Shown in pieces: positions 10,904 to 22,863 of a stretch of 64,000 nucleotides of DNA (the first letter of the stretch is position 1; the number at the start of each line of letters is the position of its first letter). A program made the position numbers and the translations under genes. The DNA is from Tubiluchus corallicola (taxonomy: Eukaryota > Animalia > Priapulida). The DNA is taken from contig JAQGDQ010000020.1 in the NCBI GenBank assembly GCA_030141605.1, positions 620,001 to 684,000 on the forward strand, given 5' to 3'. The notes below the pieces were generated by a model, which had not been told where the DNA came from, searched no databases, and saw only the letters and a program-made list of their open reading frames with translations.

Positions 10904-13900
10904 TTATTCAACATTAGTAGGAAGCCTGACAAACACTCCCTGCCGATTATATTGAAATTGCGCCACAGGCGTATTGTTAGGTATATCATCAGTAGAAGAG
11001 TAGAAATTGTTCTCATCATCAACATAGCCATCATAATTTTCCTCCCTGAAACAACGAATAAAAAATTTAACAACGCTTTCGTCTTAAGTCCTGTCTACAT
11101 AGCTACAATCAGAAAGCAAAGACTTCCTGGCTTTGTTTTTCATCTTGTATTTAATGAAAAGAAAAGCAATAAGAAAAAAGTACATTGCTTGTATAAATTT
11201 TTCAGAGTTGCTTCACTCACATCATTGTCGGTATCTTTTATTAAAGTCCTCCAGTAACGTTTCCCTAAATATCTATTTTTCAGACAGAAAGGGAGTATTT
11301 TTAATGCTAATATTTGTTGCGATAATGACTGAGTGAACAAAAAACGCACATTCCACCTAAAGCTGCCGTTGGTGTCTGATAACTCCTAGCTAAAGTAAAG
11401 CCGGGTACAAATAAGTTTCCACTTCTATAATCGTCAGATCTCTAGCTTGTACTAGCGTGCTTCAAATGTTGCTTGAATGTGATTTTTGATGTTTGAAGAC
11501 ATTTTGTTGTGTGTGCGCTGTGTCTTACCTTAGATAATATCCATGAGGAGAGTCAGAAGAACCAACATTGTCAACAGTTGTATCGTCTATAGAATCGCCA
11601 GAAAACGCAATGGATCTCGAGAGATCCTCAGAAGGTACGACTGCAGCGTTCTCATCAGAGTCCAAATTGTAAAATCCAGTCTCACGAATGTCATCAATTA
11701 GAGCAGGTTGGCGAATTATTTCCAACCCTTCTGAATACCTAGCGTTATGATCTTGTTCAGAGTAGTTTAGTAATGTATCTCCAGTCATGGGAACCATAAC
11801 AACATAAACAGCTCTGGCAGCCTTATCAGGTTGCTCACCATCATACTCTGTAAGCTCTTCATTTATTATCTCTGCTTTGGCATTGTGTAAAGGGTAGGCA
11901 CTAACGTACATGAAAACGGGAGCAATTGTGTCTGCATCATCCTCATTACCGAGGTGAGCTAACTCACCTTCAAAAGATAAATAGCGATCGTCAATGTTGT
12001 CTGCGGTCGCATCATCTGATGTATCGCTAGAAGCGCCATTAATGTGACCAGTGAGTAACAAGTGAAATCCGGGTCTGAGTGGAGAATCTTCTTCACTTTT
12101 TATGCTTGGGCTAAAGTTCACTTTATTTTCGTTTTCATCTGTCTGCTCATTATCAGGGAAGGTGCTTTGTGCAGAGGATTCGTTTGGAATGACTTCGAAC
12201 TTATTTACATTCTCAACTTTAGAATTTGGTATTATTTCGAACCCTGTACTAAAAGGTAGTTTCACCTCACTTCTGATACTGAATCTCTCATCATTTGGCT
12301 GCACCAGAAAGTGGTCTGGGCTCGGAACTCCGAGAGTTTTGAAAAAATGGCTTCCATCTAGTTTACTATACTGATCTGTTCCGCCATCTTCAGCCTGTGG
12401 TTGAATATATTCAAAAGGTTGTCCAGTCTCACGCATAGGTATAAAGAAACTTGATGACGTTTCTTGAGATATAGCTGGATTGAAGTTTTTGTTTGCCAAT
12501 TTCGCAATACTCGATGGAATAAATGAAAACGTTGGATCTCCCTCATGTGGAATAAATTTATACCTAATACCACGAGAAGTGTCTTCTAGATTTAATTCAT
12601 CTGTGATCATTCTTGCGTGTCCTGCAAAACTTTCAGCCGCATGTCCTCTTTGTTGTTCGTCAAATGAGTCTTGGTTTTCTACATCAATTGACGTTGCATT
12701 ATAATCTACTGGAGCATCTCCTAGTTTCATGATGACGTAATACTGTTCCAGAAGAACTGGCGGGTCTTGTTCTGAAATGGGGTTGTTATCGCCGTCATCA
12801 TTTTTGTTATCAGAAAATTTTTCTGCAATAAAGACAATAAAAGAAATACAACAATAACGAACGTTGTAGATGTTTATAGAATTCGTCTTTTGCCTTACCT
12901 TACCTTACCTCATCTTTCTTACTTTACCTTACTTTTCCTCACCTTACCCTACCTTACCTTACCTAATCTTACGTTAGCTTACCATGCCTTGCCTTGCCTT
13001 ATCTTACATACTAATGTCATATAAGGCAAGGCAAACAAAATCGTGTAAGTCAAGACAATTGCTTTGGCTTCAAATTACTGGCCCAAACTGTCATAATTGT
13101 AGAACACGGTTCTAGCAGCAGTTGTTTATGCACATTGCCCTTTACCCAGGAAACCACAAGTATTAACATGATCTGCATACATGCTGCTTGGTATAGTGCA
13201 AAATTACACACTTCTGAACCTATTGAAATATAAATTGTGAAATTTAATCCACCTCTATCGATAAATAGCGCCCTGTCTGGCAGTCTAAATTGATCGTCTT
13301 CTTCCCCTCTGACGTCGTACTCTTTAGGAACGGTGTAACTGTAACTTCTATCGCCACCGTGTGTCTCGTCTTCAAGGTTTGCTTCAAGGTGACTGAAGTA
13401 GCTGCAAACAATAGTTACATGATCACGATATGACAGTGCTGGTAGCGTGACAATGCAACAAGGTACTTTGCCTGTTAAACTTGGCCAATAAATTTATTTT
13501 TATCAATTAAATAAAAATTAGCTAAATGCGGTGGAATACTGATATCACGTATGGCCAGGTTTTTTCAGGTATTGATAATCTAAACTTTTATTGGTACATA
13601 GATCCAACAATAAGTTTATCATTTTTTGATTAGTAAATACTAATTAGTGAACGATAAAAGTCACCTGAGACTACCCATTATATGTATATGATCTGGCAAG
13701 GGAATAGCAGTTTTTAACCTAGCCACATCAGTAGATGAATGCGAGCACCCAATAGAATAGAGAGCACAAAGAAGAAAGCTGTCACCACGCATGACAGGCC
13801 ACTTACTTGCCGGTAGTGTCGTTATTCAGTTTTCTCTCCTTTCCACTTTCTTCAAAAGTAACTAAATAATCGTTTCTAGTATCACTAAAATCGACCTTCC

Positions 13901-16595
13901 GGTTGTAATGCTTTACACTGTCGCCGTCTTGCTCATCTGAGCGAAACTGGATAAGAAAAACGAAATGAATATATAAATTTATCATATTCTATTGTCATTA
14001 TTAAGAGCATGAAATAATTAAATAAAGGGCCTGCCACTTCAATGACACAAACAATTTTTCGATTTGTTTTGCTCTTAAATTTGCTACGCCAAACCCATCA
14101 AACAATGAGGTTCCAAACAGGACTGTTTGACGTAATCACAACAACAGAAATCGTATTCAGGTATATCGATAATTGTATTTAAAGAGACGTTACCGTCCGT
14201 TACTATTAATTAAAAGCTGTCATTGATATTCGGTTGTCTGTGTTCTAAAATCTAAAATTATCCTCTGAGTCAAGGCTAATGTGGGACACTGCACTGTCAT
14301 AATTAATGATATATCTACATGTAGAATATATGCCCAGTATGTGTAATTTACCGAATTATATAATTACGGTAGCAAGTGACGGCCAAGTAGTAGTAGCACT
14401 TTCACGTCAGCACTCACACACGTACCAATATGATTTACTTAGATTATAGAATTTAGAATTTGTTGCTCTAGCCAACATACTGCAATAATACAACAAAAAA
14501 AGAAACATACGGTGTGTAACTGTGCACATGTGTGATATCATCACTACAGAAAGTACTGTTTCTCTAGTTACGAAACAGTAATTTTAGGTGTTTAAGAATT
14601 AGAGATTTAGGATGAATGCCTTAGGTACCAGTGAATGACCCTTATATAGAAAAATACTGAAACATGCAATTTTTGTGCACAGTGATCTTTTAATTGTTGC
14701 ATAAATATTCCCTTTTTTTGGTGAACCATTGTCTGTAGTCTTTTCTTGTACCTTGAAATTACCATGACAAAATCCTTAAGAAGCAACATTCTTTGACGCA
14801 GATGTGCAAAATCAAAAAAAAATTTACCTCACGATGCATGTTATTCCAGCACAAGCCAAAGTAATTAAAGTAAGGGCACAGTAAGACTGTTTGGTGACGA
14901 GTTCTTCTCGTTACGTCAAGATAGTGCGCAAATGGACTCTGACTTGCACAAACCAAAATTAGCAAACTAATCGAGAATTTCCAAGTAACACGTTTTGCTT
15001 TTTTTAAAAATAGTTGTGATATCAGTATATTATAAAAACAACAGATTGAACTACTAAATTGTAACTTAATAACAAAATGCTAAAGGACTAATAGATGCGG
15101 CTAAGAAATATAACAAATTATTATTATTGTGAGTCTTATTATTATTATTATTATCTGCAACACACAAATGCAGATTATAAAACAATACGTATACGCGGTT
15201 TTTATATCGAAAGAAAATTCATTTTAAGAATTTCCGCAACAATATTTCTATCTTGATTTCATCTATGGCAAATAATTGTAGCAGCTAGTGATAAATGTCT
15301 GATTGGCCGAATAGACAAATACAGTCTAATTTAACCCAGTTCAATTCAATACCTTACTAACAACGGTATCATATGTTACTTCGTCTTTGTCATTGTCATA
15401 ATCAACCTTGCTGATTTCGGAACCATATGTGCGTTGGCCTGGAATGTCGTAGTAATCATTATGATGAAAAACTCGCAAACTTTCTTCAGGGTTCCTTGCT
15501 TCTCCTAATTCTACGTCGCGGTAGTATTCCGAATTGTCTTGGTTTGGAATTCGAAGTGGACGAGCAATTTCTCGCATTACTAGTGTGGGATAACTCCATG
15601 TTAGCTGTATAAATAAATGAACGAGAGAAGCGTGGGTATACAATGACGTAGCTAAAAAGTCCGGGCAGCACTTTTCAGAGAGCGGCATTTTGATCAATTT
15701 CATTCAACTGAAAAAGGCGCTTGGTTGATGTAACACTGATGTCATTACAATATGTTCTATTTATCTAATAATGATTGTAAGTCAGTAAGTTCTTGGCTCG
15801 CCAACCTAGTTTGCGAGTTTTTGCATATCTCCGTCAGAAATATCTTCATTTCGTAGAATTATACTTGCGGATAATTTACGAAAACTAATCTCAATTTTAT
15901 CTTTAAAATATTTTGACAACAATAAACTTTCATTTGCTCAACTGCTAAGATGTCTAAAACTCTTAGGTAAACACAGCGATGTCTTGGAAGTCGCACCAAA
16001 GTAGTCTTCAATAACAGTCTTTGCTGAGTTACCATGTGAAGAAGCCATTGCTTGTCGTAACTTTTAGTTTTGAAATGTACGGGGATTTCTTCCTAAACCA
16101 ATTTTTTGATTTTTTTTGGTAATTCTTTATTATTTTATCTCTATAAATTATCGCATATGCGAGGCAATACTACTAAACATTACAAATCTAAATTTTTTTG
16201 CATAAACATTTTCACTTGTGTCAAATTTTAAGTGCCACCCGGGGACGATAAGATCTAGCTACGCTATTGTGTAGGCATAGAAGCATATCAACCTTACGTA
16301 ACATTAAAACTAACGCAACAACTGAAAATAGCAAAGTTACACTGTTTTCTCTTCATACTGGCTGTGAAAATTCTAATAATAATAGAAAAATATAATAAAT
16401 AGCAAACAGTAGAACATATCAATTTTATTTTAAATTATAAACATAAAATCCTTGCATTTTACAATGCATGTCTTGTAGCAAAGTAATTCGCTTATCAGAC
16501 GAATCCTTAGATTTTATTTGCAAAATATAAATTTAGGTAGGAATACTTACTTTCAGTAGCAGAAACAAAAGCGCAGCAGCTGCTGTCCTCATCAT
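10904..16595 (-). CDS. Secreted protein of unknown family, paralog C, with a long acidic C-terminal extension (~673 aa, 6 exons)
   Basis: Exons 16595-16551 (MMRTAAAALLFLLLK, gtaagt), 15604-15353 (LTWSYP...DYYDIPGQ...VVSK), 13946-13807 (FRSDEQDG...DTTG), 13401-13253 (NYFSHLE...LPDRALFIDR), 12822-11529 (acidic region containing the 401-aa ORF; donor AG|gtaaga) and 11045-10904 (REENYDGY...LPTNVE*). All junctions are GT-AG and in frame (2022 nt total). The N-terminal domain aligns with paralogs A/B (YYDIP, TGNY, LPDR). Confidence 0.8.
12891..13008 (+). repeat. Degenerate (CCTTA)n pentanucleotide microsatellite, intronic
   Basis: ccttaccttaccttacc... with variants. Confidence 0.85.
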
Positions 16596-16695
16596 TCTAC
16601 AGTTATCACGATTTACCCTGACTTGCTATTTTTCTGTTTTCCGCTCCAGTCCTATAACCCAGCAACTTGTGCACCACAACCTTGGGACCTTCATG

Positions 16696-16701
16696 TTTAT
16701 A
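16696..16701 (-). promoter_or_regulatory. Candidate TATA box of paralog C
   Basis: TATAAA on the minus strand ~100 nt upstream of the ATG at 16595, similar spacing to paralog A. Confidence 0.35.
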
Positions 16702-17439
16702 TCCACCTGTCTTCTAACAACGATTTACTTTGTTCTAGCGAGTAGGTAATAGCAATATTTAAACAGAAGTTAAAGGTCCTGGAGGTTGGATTGCCTCGTC
16801 ACGCGAGAGGCGATTTAATTCGACGATTTCTGATGATATAGCCATTTCGAAATCTGTTACGAACACAGGAAAACCGTGAGGAGACGATTTCAGCTCAGAA
16901 ACCTGATGCGTTTAAGCTCGTAAGATAGGCTTAACATTTTAGTTTCGGTTTAACCCATCACGACTGAATTCTCAACTACTGACAAACATTCGTTTTTTTA
17001 AATTTTACACTGGCTTTAAAGAAACCATTAAAATATTATGTATTTTTGTGTGGCTATGCCACATAAATTGAATTAATTTTCCACTATGTTATAACAACAT
17101 TTAAAACAGCGAAAATATCGCGTTTTAACACTAACAGATAGACGCTTAAATTTGCAACCCTTTTACTTTTGCTGGAAACTAATATAAGCTAATTATTCCA
17201 CGCACAATTAAACGAAATATTTGCTAACTTTTCAAGTCAGCTTTTAAACATTTCCGGTTAAAAGTTTTCAATTTTTAAATTCGGTAACCAAATTTTGGGA
17301 ACTTATACACATAGTACAAGAAGGAAAACAGATTTTTATGGGAAAGCTGATAACACTGCGTAAGTGGATAAAAATCAAAGGTCGGTTATGCTTCAAAATC
17401 TATAAAGGGCTGTGGTAACAAAATTTTCATAACTTGATT

Positions 17440-18432
17440 ACTAAACCAGAAAGGGGACAGATTTGAATGGCGTAGTTGGTGACCATGCTTGAGTAGCAAT
17501 ACGTCGATCACTCGCTTTTATCAGGAGAAAAGATTTTCCCCTCGAGATTTCGTTTACGATAACGATTCCAATATTTTTGCACTTATTCATATAGCTGGCA
17601 AGTTAATGGACATATTAGTGTGCAACGCGTATCTTCCATATGAATGTCACTATTATGCGACCCAGTACAATAAAATTTTGGTGCAGAACTGATGGAAGCT
17701 TGCTCTGTAGGTAATGACGTTTTATGTGATGTAGTGGCAACCCCAGTGGCCTTTATGATTGCAAAAGATTAAGCGATTTTTATCTCTCTATAGTTCATAT
17801 GCCTCTTGATGTTATTTTTTGCAATAATGTTTATTACTGTTGGTGATCATACATCCGTTGCTCTAAATAGGCTCTCCGATGACATTGTTTGCGCTTTAAA
17901 AACTGCACCCGAAAAAGCAATTCCTCATTGTCAAATGTGTTCTCATCTAAAGCAATTAGTAGACTTCGTGCTGATAAACATCGTCTTTTAATGGACATAT
18001 TTTATTTATGGGTGCACATAAACTGCGTAACAGGAAACCCAGGCAAGGACCAATAGCCTATCAAAGGTCTAGTTTTAAACAAGTTTTACCGTAATGTCGT
18101 TACCTGAGCAAGAAAGTATCAAAGCAAACAAGTTGGAGAAATGTGAAAAAACAGTTTAATGCGAAAGTTTTGCTGTAAACGAAAATAGACAAAGCAGTTG
18201 GAAAACAAGTGTCGTGACCATTATAAATTGCTCTTAAATAGTATAGATTCTCATGAACGTGCAATACTGGACAATAGCAAATAGATTCTAAATGAGCAAA
18301 TGGTCTCTGTCTCACCACATATCAGCAGATCTTGGTAGTCTGTCAGCTGAACACTATATTTTTGCCTTCAAAAAAATTTCAGTGCTTCCCAATTTGCTAA
18401 TTTTAGCTTACATTACGCACTCATTTCACTGA
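17440..18432 (+). mobile_element. Old degenerate LINE, 5' part (endonuclease/linker), split by a later insertion
   Basis: Remnant motifs ILVCNAYLPYECH (~17610-17650) and LSAEHYIFA (~18340-18366). It continues across the hAT-type insertion into DSILVPLVKDKNGKLTDVNN (22870 onward). Confidence 0.55.
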
Positions 18433-19299
18433 CAAGGCTGGCAGTACGGTACGGTACGGTACAAAAAAATTCTTAAAAGTACGGTACGAAATTATGGTAT
18501 TTTTCCGAACCTTTATCGTAGCTTTTCCGTAGCATTTTTCTCAGTTTCTTATAACGTTTGTGACGACTTGTTTCGCCTCTTTGGTGCGGACTTGTTCTCT
18601 CCTGGTTAACGCACCTTGACACAGAACAGACGCAAACAAAACGGCTAGATTGGTTCGCTTTGGATGAAAAAGCAGCAAGTTGTTTTTTCCCGTAAATTAC
18701 CTTACCTTTATTATTGTACTTATAGAAACTGGGTATGTTACTTACCAAATTTGACCATGTTAATGTAACACCGCTGATCTACGGCTGTGTACCTAGAGCC
18801 AAGAAAAGAAATTAAAGTCATACCGACGTTACGTACGTTAAATTGTGCAGCCTGCATGGTATAGTTACAAATGTTTTAGGCAAGACACTAAATGTTGATT
18901 ATCATTAAAAATTTGCCACTAGTGAGCAATTAATGAAAGGCAGTCGTTAAAAACTAGTAAATGAACGTAACTCGCCCGTTACACAAAATTATTTATTAAG
19001 AAAAAGTAATTCAAAATAATTTTATAACTCCATGGATGATTTTGTGCAAGTTTTGTACTTAAAATACATGTAAATAGTATGGAAGTTCAAACAGCAATTC
19101 TGTTTTTATAGTGCGCATAATTTCATAACAATAATTGAAAAACATATAGTTTACACAATTAACTTTTATGTCATTCTTTATCTTTTTATAGTGGATCCTA
19201 CACGCACTTGGTACGAAATTTGATGGGAATTACGGTATGATATTTTATCGTACTAGTACGGTACGATTCAATTTTGTAAGTATGGCACAGAATTGTGAT

Positions 19300-19950
19300 A
19301 CATCATCATCATCTCTGGAGTCACACGTCGTTTGACATGACCCTCCCGCTCACTTTACTCCATACTACCCTGTCACCTGCAACCTTCCATGTCTCTGTAT
19401 TTTGATTGATATCTAATGGGGTGCTGATAAGATCTTTTTGGATGAAATTGATATAAGTCAGCAGCTGTCCTCCTTGCGGGTTTCTTTTCTTTCTGCAGTG
19501 CTTCTTTGAAAGATAACTTTAATGGACTGTCATCTGGTAGTCGTATAACAAGTCATATCCATCTTAATCTTCTCCTTTTTACTTTAATTGTCCATTCCTC
19601 TGCCTTGACTTTATTGTACAGATCCTGATTTGATATTTTGTCTGGCCATTTTATTCCTAGAATGTTTCTGTAGTTTCTTCTTTGAAATGCATTAATTTCT
19701 GATTCGTGTTGTGAGTTATAGATAAACACAGTTTCCACAAGTGCAGCAAAGATTCTTAAATTTGTATCTAAACTGATCCTCTTACTTTCAATTTTTTTTG
19801 TTAATTTGGAATATGCAGCTAGTGCTAGGGTTTTTTATTTGTTGCTAGAAGACTGCCTAAGTATATACATTTCCTCCAAGCATCATCTCCATTCCTTTTT
19901 ATGTGATACTCTTCTGTTTTATCTTTATTTAGTATGAGATCCATTTCTTT
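19300..19950 (-). mobile_element. 5'-truncated RTE-like LINE 3' fragment
   Basis: INAFQRRNYRNILGIKWPDKISNQDLY...VKRRRLRWI...RLPDDSPL resembles the post-RT region of RTE-clade elements. It ends in a short (GAT)n tail at ~19301-19312. Confidence 0.7.
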
Positions 19951-20341
19951 TATGGTGTTACGGTGTTTTTAGCTGACGTTGGTGGACCGATGTAATTCGG
20001 AACTCCAACGGAAGCACATGGAGGTCCGCGGTGGGTCAAAAGGGGTCGGCGGAATGCTACACGTAGTAGCGGTCTGGGAACCGTCCCTGTCAGGTCTGGA
20101 ACGACTGGAGTTTGCTCCGTACGCCGGATGCAAACGAGTCACGTTCCAGTCCAAAAAGAAAAACCAAGGGAAAGCCAAGGAACCGGAAACACCTGTTCAA
20201 ACGGTGGATAAGGGTCCAGAAGTGAGTACCGAGGGTGGAAAAACCCCCGACGTTGCCACTGGAACAAAGGAGCTGCCGTCTGTCGAGCAATCGCAGATGA
20301 AGGCACCCGAGTCCAGTATGGAAACGTAAATACAGAAAAGT

Positions 20342-21658
20342 ATGGGAACAGGGGCTAAAGTAAAATCCCGGCCGCAGACAGTCTTCGGTGGAAATACCCA
20401 CGGTAGATTGAATGTTATTTCCGGGGACAATTTGGATAAAATAGGTGAGAAGCCAGCACAAAGTGTCTCTGGTATTGAGTGCTGGCAAATCAATCTTCAC
20501 AAAAGCAAAGCTGCGAGTTACAACTTGCAGGATGTTGTAAAACACATACGTACCGGGTTAGTCTTTGTACAGGAACCCTGGACGCACGGTGGGGAAGTTA
20601 GGGGTAAACTCCGAGGATGGGATCTGTTCCAGGGAAACCGGAATGGAGAAAGGCCTCGGGCGTGCATTTATGCCACTCCTAACCTAAAATGCTTTTTACT
20701 TCCAGTGTTCTCGAATACAGACATTGTGGTGGTTAAAGCAAAAAATGTGTGCCGGGATGGAGATGAGTTCATTTTCGCCTCGGCATACATGGTGCATGAT
20801 CAACCGGCTCCCCCTATGTTACTCAGGGAACTGATATCATTCGGGGACGGCGATAAAACTCCAATTATTGTGGGGACTGATGCTAATGCGCATCATACGT
20901 TATGGGGTTCCACCGATGTCAACGACAGGGGTGAGGAACTCTTGGAGTATTGTGCAAGCGCTAATCTTGAGTTCTGTAATGTTGGCCGTAAACCAACGTT
21001 CCGAACAAAAGCAAGAGAAGAGGTGCTAGACCTGACACTGAGGAATCTGCATGCAGGGGACATAGTATGCGATTGGTATGTCAGTGACGTGCCATCGCTG
21101 TCGGACCACATGTATATAAGATTCCTAGTGAAAAGCAGTATTTCAAAAGAAAACCCACTCATCAGGAACATCCGCCGTACTTGCTGGGAAAAGTATGCGG
21201 AAGAACTTGAGCATAAACTTCCAGAACTGAACCGGGAATACAAGGTGTCCTCCAATGAGGATATTGAGGATTTGGCTGATGAAGTTCAGGCTGCTGTTAT
21301 TCATTCTTATGAAACTGCTTGCCCATTACGTAGGCAGAGGAAGAAGGATGGGAACAAATGGTGGAATCCGGAGCTAAGCCGTCTCCGCAAGGAGGCGCGC
21401 AGGGCTTGCAGGAGAGCCACTAAGACTAAAAATCAACGAGACTGGGAAACAAGAAAGCTAACCCAGTCTATATTCAAAAACGCCGTCCGGAAGGCGAAAC
21501 GCCAATCCTGGCGGAGTTTCACGGAAAAGATGGAAGATCAGGCACCAACTGCTAGGTTGGTAAAGGTCCTCCGCCGAAATAAAGCAGCGCAGTTAAGCTG
21601 TGTGTATAAAGAAGACGGTAAATTAACGGACAGCGAAGACCGTGGGAACTTTTGGTAA
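20342..21658 (+). CDS. Retrotransposon ORF2 N-terminus: APE-like endonuclease (truncated at the deletion)
   Basis: QINLHKS, VQEPW, ASAYM, GTDANAHH..WGS..NDRGE.L, PTF, LDLTL, LSDH motifs, then the KWWNPEL linker. Confidence 0.85.
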   Translation: MGTGAKVKSRPQTVFGGNTHGRLNVISGDNLDKIGEKPAQSVSGIECWQINLHKSKAASYNLQDVVKHIRTGLVFVQEPWTHGGEVRGKLRGWDLFQGNRNGERPRACIYATPNLKCFLLPVFSNTDIVVVKAKNVCRDGDEFIFASAYMVHDQPAPPMLLRELISFGDGDKTPIIVGTDANAHHTLWGSTDVNDRGEELLEYCASANLEFCNVGRKPTFRTKAREEVLDLTLRNLHAGDIVCDWYVSDVPSLSDHMYIRFLVKSSISKENPLIRNIRRTCWEKYAEELEHKLPELNREYKVSSNEDIEDLADEVQAAVIHSYETACPLRRQRKKDGNKWWNPELSRLRKEARRACRRATKTKNQRDWETRKLTQSIFKNAVRKAKRQSWRSFTEKMEDQAPTARLVKVLRRNKAAQLSCVYKEDGKLTDSEDRGNFW

Positions 21659-22688
21659 GTCTAAAAGTCATATCGATGTGTGCAATAGCTATAGGCGCGA
21701 CCTCCAACTGTTGCATATGCCGGGTGATTTAAGAAAAAGAACACGCGTGTTCGAAAAAAATTTCGAATGCCAGATTCAGGAAAGAGAAATCGCTATCAAA
21801 TCGGAAGGCGAAATGGATAGGAACTGTGTCAGGTGTTATACCGATGGTTCCAAACTGGGCGGAAGGATCGGTGCAGGTATACGTATCGAGTATCCGACTG
21901 AGTCCAGAGTATTGGAGGAGTTCTTCTATCTTGGGAAATTGAGTACTGTTTTCCAGGCAGAAGTTTTCGCCATCTCACAAGCGGCGGAGATAATGTCTTC
22001 GGAAGGACTCCAGAATCAATCAATAGTCATCCTGTCAGACAGCCAGGCGGCTATTAAAGCTACTGAAAACAATACAGTAAAATCTATCTCGGTTTTACGT
22101 TGTGTTGAAAACTTGAACATACTTGGAAAAAGAAACCGAGTCTTGGTTACATGGATTCCTGGACACGAAGGAGTACATGGTAACTAAGAGGCGGACAAAC
22201 TTGCTAAAAAGGGATCTGAGCTCTCTCCGGAGGGACCAGAACCCTATCTGCCCGTCCCTTACGCTAGCTGTGTCTACGCGATTAAGGGATGGAGTCTAAA
22301 ACGATGGGAAACGTCGTGGAATAATCGTGAGGACTGCAAGAGAACGAAGGAACATGTGGGCTGGGCCTCGGCCCGAGTCTGCAATAGGCTCCTGAATCTC
22401 AGTAGAACTCAACTCGACATGGTTATACAGGTCCTAACCGGACACTGTAATCTCCAAAAACATAAAAAAACCACTTGTCGAGCACAATCCGCGATTTGCC
22501 CGAAATGTGGTCAGGAAGACGAAACACCGGACCATCACGTGGGACGATGCACCGCCTACCAGGGTGCTCGTATCAAATGTCTGGGAAATAAAAATACAAC
22601 ACTTAGAGCAGTTGTAGAGAACTTAAACCTGAAAAAACTAGCGGCGTATCTGAAGCAAGCTGGAAGGCTTGCCGAGTACGACCAATAG
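21642..22688 (+). pseudogene. Retrotransposon RNase H and CCHC zinc-finger region, interrupted by an in-frame stop
   Basis: YTDGSK, TVFQAEVFAI, ILSDSQAAI, WIPGHEGVHGN* (TAA at 22185-22187 where Glu is expected), EADKLAK, then LTGHCNL..H and CPKC..EDETPDH...C. Confidence 0.8.
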
Positions 22689-22863
22689 ACGTATAGCAGT
22701 GAATAATTGCAATGGGCCTGTCGAAGGCCTCAGCAAAGTGTCGGAGGGTGGGATTTTTCCATCCTATACAATCTCCCCGACACCACTGCCCCCCTAATCT
22801 ACGGTGTTTTTAAAGGTACGAAATATGGTATTTTTTTCGTACCGTACCGTACTACCAGCCTTG

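Larger units (their letters stand above)
19972..22799 (+). mobile_element. LOA/R1-group (Lian-like) non-LTR retrotransposon, 5'-truncated, with the RT domain internally deleted
   Basis: Perfect 13-bp TSD tacggtgttttta (19959-19971 and 22800-22812). GC-rich relative to flanks. Contains an ORF1 tail (19979-20329), AP-endonuclease ORF (20342-21658), RNase H (~21830-22210) and C-terminal zinc knuckle CPKC...HHVGRC (~22497-22550). No YADD/QG RT core. Confidence 0.85.
18433..22863. mobile_element. Non-autonomous hAT-type DNA transposon carrying two nested retroelements
   Basis: 26-bp TIRs caaggctggcagtacggtacggtacg (18433-18458) and its reverse complement (22838-22863, 1 mismatch). 8-bp TSD ttcactga (18425-18432) / ctcactga (22864-22871). 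Subterminal GGTAC repeats. An 8-bp TSD with CA termini is typical of hAT. Confidence 0.8.

Noticed and set aside
16232-16270. Terminus resembling the 56891 MITE family (gccacccgggg...ctagctacgctattg)
   Set aside because: No matching opposite end or TSD found.
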